A DNA stretch of 64,000 nt, from NCBI GenBank assembly GCA_951406725.2, contig OX597815.1, positions 62,372,001 to 62,436,000 of the forward strand, written 5' to 3'. The position numbers and the translations under genes were made by a program. Below the pieces are notes generated by a model. It was given only the letters and a program-made list of their open reading frames with translations. It did no database searches and was not told the DNA's origin. The stretch comes from Octopus vulgaris (taxonomy: Eukaryota). Shown here piece by piece: positions 55,651-64,000 of the stretch; position 1 is the stretch's first letter, and every line of letters begins with the position of its first letter.

Positions 55651-56304
55651 CTCAACAATAATAATTTCTTTCATTAGCCACAAGTGTATAAATGACGGGG
55701 ACATTACAAGGGCAGGCAACAATTTGTATGGGGGATATACGTAAAAGATGGGAAAAAAGAAAAGGGAAAATGGTGAAATATAATGAATGTATACATAGTA
55801 TGAAAGATGCCGACCCCTGATACAGGAGAAACTGTATCTAGGGCCTACCAAGGAATACCAGAAATCCAGGATTACTCTGACCATCAAAGGCACAAGCCCC
55901 CTCTCCTGCTCTCCCATCTATAGGCGCATACTTAAAGTAGGGCCATTCACTTTAGCCATTTTTGCCACAATCACCCATCTTTTCACAATTTCACTGAAAG
56001 ATAGTTCTTCCCTCTCCAGCCTCACTTTCCTTTGCAAGAGGACTTTAAAAGAGTTAGGTATCTTTTCTGAATCCCTTCAGCCTCGTCCACCACTTCACCT
56101 CTTTTACCATAGCCACTAGACAGAAGAACACCGTCTACTCTGCCTTATTAAAGGTGTGTGGTGGAGCGATCCTCACGAAGGATTCAGCAAATAGACGAAT
56201 TCGTCCTTCATGCGCCAGCAACCGGTCGACGTAACTTCACAAGTTAACAATACGACAAACAATAAGAGTACTAATCTGTTTGATTAAAGTTAGCTTAAGT
56301 TTAA

Positions 56305-56525
56305 CCCTTTGGCATTAAAGCAGCCAAATCCGACCAAAATATTCTACCTGTTTTCTTTTCAAACTAGTCAAGTCTGGCCACTCACAGTATCATTTTACAG
56401 TATCATTTTACTAATAAACACAATCACATCATCGAAATCTCTAAGCTATGAAATAATTCATGATTAATTTAAAATGATGTGAATACAAGCATTACATTTG
56501 ACAGAATAATTTGATCGTTAAAGGG
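56305..56525. mobile_element. piggyBac-type MITE
   Basis: TTAA-CCCTTT..AAAGGG-TTAA, homologous to 36068-36628. Confidence 0.85.
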
Positions 56526-56829
56526 TTAAACAGCACCGTCGATAAGGTTGTGTACACAAACGACACAAGAACCACAAGAATAGCAACAACAACACGAAAT
56601 ACAACAACTGCAATGGTATCAGCATTAATAGGGTCATTCATCTCAAATACTGCTGAGACATGCAGCACGCGAAAGGAACAACAATCGATTTTTAGAAATT
56701 ATTTTCCCACTTGTAGCATGTTTCCTCATCGAGGGATTTCAACCCAGCGCTAAAAAGACAACAAAACGATAGTTAGTTACAGAGAGGTGCCACTGTCATT
56801 GGCATGTCTTCAATGGTGTCTTATAGTGG

Positions 56830-57010
56830 TTTCAAATATTGGCACAAGGCCAGCAAATTCGTAAGTTTATTACATCGATCCCTGTGTTCAATTGGTACTT
56901 ATTTTATCGACCCAGAAACGAAGAAAGGTGAAATCGAAATTGGCGAAACTCGAACTCAGAACGTAAAGAAGGACGTGCCCGGTGCGGTAACGATTCTGCC
57001 AGCTAGCTCC
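56830..57010 (-). mobile_element. SINE family A, old copy
   Basis: TTGGTACTTATTTTATCGACCC..GAACTCAGAACGTAAAG. Confidence 0.75.
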
Positions 57011-57821
57011 CTTAATGGTATCTCATATTGCTAGTAATAGAGTCGATGGCGAATGATTTGTTGTTGTTGTTGCTGTTGTCGTAGATGATGATGATGGTGG
57101 TGGTAGGGGTGGTGATGGGATGATGATGAATGTCAAGATGATGATGGAGATCGTGCAGAATAAGATGGCGATCGACCCGTAATCAGTCATACTTTTTTGT
57201 TTTATTATTCTTTGACTGGCGTGCGATATGTCATATTTCAGAATCTCGATCGATTCTAACGTAGATGAACTTCCGGTTATGGCAGAGGTGACGATGCCTG
57301 TGATGGTAGTGGTGGTGATGGTGGTGTAATTGAAACAAGTAGCAGTAGCGGGGGTGTTGGTGTTTGTGTTGTTGGTGGTGGTGGTGGCTTATCGCCACAC
57401 AAATATCGGTGGGCAATTGATGGTAGTGATAAATGAAGAGATGGTGGTGGTGGTGGCGGCGGCGGTGGTAGTGACAGTGGTGGCGGAGGCGGTGGAGAAG
57501 TTGTTTTAGCCCGAGGTCAACTCTGATTTGACCTCTATCAATTGTTATGCTGGCGGTAGTGATGGCGGCGGCGTCGGTGGTGTTGGCTGCATTGATGGTT
57601 GTGGTATTGGTGGTGGAGACGGCAAGACCACGAGGATGGCAACGGTGGTATTGTTGTTGATGATGTAGTATGGTGATGTTTGTGGTGATGACGATAATGG
57701 TGGTGGCGGTAGTGATAGGGAAGATTGTAGTGGTATTAGCGGTGCTGCTAGTAGCGATAATTCAGATGGTAGTTAGCAGCAACAGCAGCAGCAGTAGTAG
57801 TAGCAGCATCAGCATCAGCAT

Positions 57822-57894
<73 letters not shown>

Positions 57895-58438
57895 TGGTGG
57901 TAGTTGTGGTGGTGGCGGTGGTGGTGATATTGGCTATATAGTTGTTGGTTGATGGTGACTGTATTGTGGTGTCCTCTTGTTAGAGTGACGACGACGATGA
58001 CAGCGGTGATGATGACGGTGACCGAGAAGATGACATGAAGCAATGGACAAGATAAAATAACCGACAGAGAAGAGTGGCAGAAAAGTGATGACGTTAGTTG
58101 TGGTTGAGGGTGATGGCGGTTAGTATTAAAGGTTATGGTAGCAGCGGTGGTGATGCTGGTGGTAGTTGTGATGATAGTGTGACTGGTGGTGGTGGTGGCG
58201 GTGGCGGTAATGTTGGTGATTCTCTTTGGTATCAGATTGTGTTAGTGGTAGTTGTGGTGGTGGCATTAGTGACCGATGATGGTGGTGATGACGACGATGC
58301 TTATGGCGTGGAATCTGTTAATGCTGCAATTGAAGATGAAGAACATGACTACCGTATGTGATGGCATAAAAGACGCAAAGACGCACCCCAATTTCAGCAG
58401 GGTATATTCAGGAGCAAAAGCTTCTTAATGTATTAAAG

Positions 58439-58652
58439 CAGTGATTCTCAGCCATTTTTAACCCATGGACCCCTTTGATTCCCATTTCATTCTGCTGCCC
58501 ACTCGTACGTTTAAAAAATCCTACCATATTTTTATAATTAAATTCTTGTGCATTGTAGAGGTATAACAAATTTATTGCTCATAATCTTTATCAGCAGAAT
58601 CTTCTGTAGTAGGCCTAGGGTCATATGAACCCCGGTCGGTTGAGAATCACTG
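58439..58652. mobile_element. hAT (Charlie-like) MITE
   Basis: TIRs CAGTGATTCTCA / TGAGAATCACTG, with an 8-bp TSD TATTAAAG / TATTAAAA (7 of 8 match). Confidence 0.88.
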
Positions 58653-58683
58653 TATTAAAACATCTACTATTTAAAGCAGCTGA

Positions 58684-58895
58684 AGGCGGCGAGCTGGCAG
58701 AATTGATAACACACTAGACAAAATGCTTGGTATTTTGTCCGTCTTTACGTCCTGAGTTCAAATTCCGCCGAGGACGACTTTGCTTTTCATCCTTTCGAAG
58801 TCGATAAAATAAGTACCGGTTGAATACCAGGGTCGATGTAATAGACTTACCCTCTTCCTCGAAAATGATAACCTTGTTCCAAAATTCGAATCTCA
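58684..58895 (+). mobile_element. SINE family A
   Basis: AGGCGGCGAGCTGGCAGAAT..CTGAGTTCAAATTCCGCCGAGG..TTCATCCTTTCGAAGTCGATAAAATAAGTACC. Confidence 0.88.
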
Positions 58896-59064
58896 TATTT
58901 AAAGTAACTTCGAATGCTTATTTCCGCTGCTTAGTTTCAACGTCTACGAAGTTGCACAATGATTAAATAAATAAATAAATGTGTTTTAAGTCTGCTGCTA
59001 ATTACTTTCCGTACTAGATCAGTAAGATTATCGATGACATCAACTCTTAGTGGGTTCTGGGTTT

Positions 59065-59195
59065 TAATTTAGGAACAAGGTCAGCAATTTTTAGGGGAAG
59101 GAGTTAGTTAATATCATCGATCTCTGTACTTAAACTGGTCCTTATTTCATCAACCCCGAAAAGATGAATGAGAAAGTTTGGCGATATTTGAACCG
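59065..59195 (-). mobile_element. SINE family A, old fragment
   Basis: AACTGGTCCTTATTTCATCAACCCCGAAAAGATGAA. Confidence 0.6.
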
Positions 59196-59774
59196 TGCTT
59201 TATACAGATAAAGACTAAATACAGCTTTATGGGGATACGCTAATCTGCCTTAGAAGTTCATAACAGTTTCTGTGTAATTCTTTGTTTATTCCAATAAACA
59301 TGGGAAACAAACAAACAAAAAAATCCTAGAAGATTGGCCGCTACTCTATTGCTGGTTCTATTATGAATTGGCACAGTTATCAATACATCACACATACAAG
59401 CGTTTGACATCAGTTGATGTTTATTTAAAAACTCTGACTATTTGTCTATACAGTTATCAGGTCATCACTTTTTCGTGTTAGAGAGGAAAACATGAAACTT
59501 AATATTTCTTTTCTCTTCTCTCAAAGTTATCATTTTGTGGGAGTCAAGAATTAATATTGTTTAGCATCACTTACTAACTGTATATTTATAGACAGTCTGT
59601 TTCTGTATCTTGTACATCTTCTGTATAGAATAATGAAAGACAAGTGATTAATTATGTTATCATTCTCCAAGTAATTCTGTTCGAGTGAAACTAGTACATA
59701 CATCATACATACATACATACATATATATACACACACGCACGAACACACCACACACACGCACGAACACACCACAC

Positions 59775-59822
<48 letters not shown>

Positions 59823-60089
59823 GTGCGTATGTGTGTGCATGTATATACATACATACAGATATGTGTGTGTACGTATATATATATGTACGTATGTATGTAT
59901 GCATGTATACAGAGAGAGAGGGGGGGCAGAGAGCGGGGGAGAGTGAGTGTGGGAAAAAAGCGAGTGAGAGGCAACTCTTTAGACAAAAGAATGCAATTAA
60001 CGGCTATCTACAATTTTATTGCCCTGTACTGAAGATGCTGCAACAAACAGACACGGAATGTTTATGGATGGGGAATTAATTGGAGATAT

Positions 60090-60231
60090 TAAATGGCCGT
60101 GTGTAAGAAACCACATGACTCCGGGTTCAGCCCCACTGCGTGGCTCCATGGTTAAGTGTCTTCTACTATAGCCTCGGGCCGATCAAAGCCTTGTAAGTGG
60201 ATTTGGTAAACGGAAGCAGAAAAAGCCCGTC

Positions 60232-60322
<91 letters not shown>

Positions 60323-60600
60323 TGTATGTATGTATGTATGTTGTATGTATGTATGTATGTATGTATGTATGTATGTATGTATGTATGTATGTATATATAT
60401 ATATATTTATGTGTGTGTGTGTGTGTGTATGTGTGTGTGTGTATGTGTGTGTATATATGCGTGCGTGTGTGTGTGTGTGTCTTTGTGTCTGTGTTTGTCC
60501 CCTACTACCGCTTGACAACCGGTGTTGGTATGTTTACGTCCCCGTAACTTAGTGGTTTGGCAAAAGAAATAATTAGAATAAGTACTGGGATGGACTAAAA
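60090..60600 (+). mobile_element. SINE family B with a greatly expanded internal microsatellite
   Basis: Head CCGGGTTCAGCCCCACTGCGTGGC..AAGTGTCTTCTACTATAGCCTCGGG, about 250 bp of (TA)(TATG)(TG), then CTTGACAACCGGTGTTGGTATGTTTACGTCCCCGTAACTTAG. Confidence 0.88.
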
Positions 60601-61061
60601 ATTCTTCACGCAAATATAGAAAAAAATTTAGTTATATACAAGAAAAGAAAATGAAACAAAATTATTTTCGTATATTTTTCACTCGAACAGATAATTAAAC
60701 TGTTTATACCGAAGTATAAAGGTATAAATCACGTGATTCAGAGACTTTAATTCTCACGACCATGATGTGTATTCTCAGACTTTCGTCCGAAAACATCAAA
60801 ACAAAAGCACGTGCCCAAAGCTGGCTCGCCTATTTAAAACACGCGCCCAACCACACACATACTCTCTCACACACAATCTCACTTATCAAACACAGACACA
60901 TGTAGTGTGGATGACAGTAATATGGAAAAGGATTTTGATGGAAAGTTTACACATTTGAATTTGAACTGTGAATATTTTTCTTGGTTAAAAGTCAAAATTA
61001 GCACGTGATCATTGTGTTCCGTGAAAACTTCGATTCTCCTAATTAAAGGAGTAACAGTAAC

Positions 61062-61129
<68 letters not shown>

Positions 61130-62654
61130 ACGTTACAACAGATTGGACATTTACAGTGCAAATGAAGGAGAGCGTCTGGGGTTAAACGACCTCCTAGAAA
61201 TAGCAACACTTTGACCATAAGTCAGTTTGATCAAGAACGACCTGAACAACAATAACAATACCTGCACCACCACCACCATCACCATCACACCACTACTACC
61301 ATCATCGTCCTCATCGCCGTCATCGTCGTCGTCGTCGTCATCATCATCATCATCATCATCACAACCATCATAACTGCTAACGTAAAAAACAGGCCATAAC
61401 TTTTCTGTGGGTGATGATGGCGGTGGTAGTAGAGGAGGTGATGATGGTCATAAAGGGGATAGAGATGATACTGGTGCTGCTGGCAGTAATGGTGGAGGAG
61501 ACAGTGGTGGTGGGACTGCCTATTTAAACGCCCTTAGTACTTCACTACTACTTTATTTTGTCGAAACCGGTGGGATGAACGTCAATTGTGGCCCCCGGGC
61601 GGGATTAGGATTTAGAATTGCCAATAATAATAACAATGACAAAAACAATAGCCAATCGCAACAAAAAAACAAACATTACGATGAAATGCCTCTAGCTATC
61701 ATTTGGTAGCATCACTAACACCGACCCCACTATCATCATTGTCGTCGTGGTCGTAGTCGCTATCTTTGTCGTTGTTGTCGTCATCATCATCATTATCATC
61801 GTCCCTATCATCATCGTCATCGTCGTCATAGTCATCATCATCATCATCATCATCATCATCAACAACAATAGTTCTATCAGAAAGAGACAAATTACGCGTT
61901 AAGGAAAACTTCAACATCAACAATAATGACAAACAAGAATAAAACTGAATAAAACACTGCAACAATCACAACTCTCCCTTCCCCCTCCTCATCCTCCCCA
62001 TTCCATCCCTTTCTCCTCTTCCTTCTCCCTCGTTCCCGCCTTCTCCTCCTCCTCCTCCTCCTCCTATTCCTTATCATCACTACCACCACCACCGCCACCA
62101 TCATCATCCTCAGGACTACCACAACATCTATTATCACTATCATTCCCATAATCATCATCGTCATCGTCGTCGTTCTCGTCGTCGTTATGGTCATCGTGAT
62201 TATTGCAACAACTACAAGTACAAGCATAAAAAATAACAAGATGATAACTCCTGACAAATAGTCGTCTCCGTCACCTCCACCTCAACCGCCGCCTTCGCCG
62301 TCTTTGCCGCCCTCGCCGCCGCTGATATCTCCACCATCGTTGTCCTTTCTGTCCTCCACTCTCAGAGACTTCAATAATTATTTCACAAGCCGACGGTAGC
62401 ATTTATGACCTCATAATAGGTTTTTACTCTCAGCCGACTACAAAGGCCTTGGGAAACCACTCGCAACGCAGGTGTCTTCACCAGGTGTGGCAACAAACAA
62501 CTTGATGGCCGACATTTACTATATGAAATAAAATAAAAAAATATTACCGCTTCTTTAATCTGTATTCATTGGTATTCAGATATGTGCATTTGCTTTGCTA
62601 TGTACGTGAGTGTTATACACATACATACATATCTATATGTAGGGATATACATAT

Positions 62655-63205
62655 ATGATGGCTGCCCCCCTCGTTATCGAGTATGGCCATTGCACGAAGC
62701 TTAACTGTTATTGGTGTTGTGATCGAATGTGACTTTTTAGCCCAGCTAAAGATCTACAATGTCTTGTACAGAATTGGCAACTAAAACCTTTACCGGTAAT
62801 AGCCGGCTGTAGTTGTAACTGGGATTCATATAGCTTTGCATGTCGTTTAAGTCCTCCTGCCGAATTACTCTCTCTTCCACTTGCCCAACAGATATGATTA
62901 GTATGGTGTGTTACACCACCACCAGTGGCCAGGTTATCACTCATCTGTCTCGCTTTATGACTACGAAGATGACTCTTGAGTCCAGCTTTACTGAGGCAGG
63001 GTCTTGCACAGACACTGCATGTCAGCAGCATAGGAAGACCATTTCCATCTGGAAGTGTAACAGCGATGCCCTTCCTGACATCTCTCCTTACTTTCTCATG
63101 TGCAACTCAAGCTTTCTCAAAAGTAGCTGTCCCCTCGTGCACAATCCTTCTCCACCTGCTACGATCAATAGCTATGCCTTTCCCATGTGGCAGGAGAGAT
63201 TTTGA
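62655..63205 (-). mobile_element. RTE (BovB-like) LINE 3' end with three C2H2-type zinc fingers
   Basis: Minus strand reads IAIDRSRWRRIVHEGTATFE, then CSVCARPCLSKAGLKSHLRSH, a degenerate CWASGRESNSAGGLKRH and CQFCTRHCRSLAGLKSHIRSQH, then a short 3' UTR. Confidence 0.8.
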
Positions 63206-63245
63206 ATACATATATACATGCATACATACCTACATACATACATAA

Positions 63246-63332
<87 letters not shown>

Positions 63333-63754
63333 TTATGCGTCATTTACATGTATGCATATACCTTAGGAAATGCTTATACATATACATACATGCATAAATA
63401 TATGTATATATATATTTATACATACATACACACATAGATACATGCACACACACACACACACATACATACATACATGCCTATATATGTATATATATACGGC
63501 GGGGTGATAAGTGCAGTCAGTTTTTCTTTGAAATAAGTAGTCTTACGTATATACATAATATGAATACACCTACACACGCGCGCGCACAAACACACACACG
63601 TACCCACACACAGAAACACACACACACGCAGACACACATATACATACACACGTACACGGACACACGCATTTCTTTTTTTTTACCATAATTCTTTAAAGTA
63701 TTCTGTAGATAGTCAGTCATAATATTCGAAATGTTGTTAATGAGACCTATAATG

Positions 63755-63985
<231 letters not shown>

Positions 63986-64000
63986 ATGATATGAATAACA

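Noticed and set aside
62708-63031. Host C2H2 zinc-finger gene
   Set aside because: It directly follows an RTE C-terminal motif, has one degenerate finger and lacks canonical linkers.

Overview
AT-rich, microsatellite-saturated eukaryotic non-coding DNA. The SINE families and the density of (TA)n, (CATA)n, (TTTC)n and trinucleotide arrays point to a coleoid cephalopod, most likely Octopus (inferred from recalled repeat families, not from a search). No intact host protein-coding gene is visible, and almost all listed ORFs are simple-repeat artefacts. The window holds three tRNA-derived SINE families and fragments of R4/Dong-like, RTE, HERO-like and Penelope-like retroelements. It also holds a complete but decayed Tc1 element, a mariner remnant, hAT/piggyBac/Kolobok-type MITEs and two Helitron-like elements. 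The main findings are: (1) an apparently intact type I hammerhead ribozyme at 5490-5538, plus about nine degenerate hammerhead-like motifs in Penelope-like modules next to (TA)n, several in fold-back orientation; (2) an R4-like retrotransposon family that recurs inside (CATA)n arrays; (3) self-nesting multimeric SINEs with recurrent junctions; (4) an RTE LINE C-terminus with tandem C2H2 fingers; (5) short unique islands with promoter/enhancer motifs and one candidate 5'-UTR exon ending in ATG. All calls were made by eye, and the boundaries of decayed elements are approximate.
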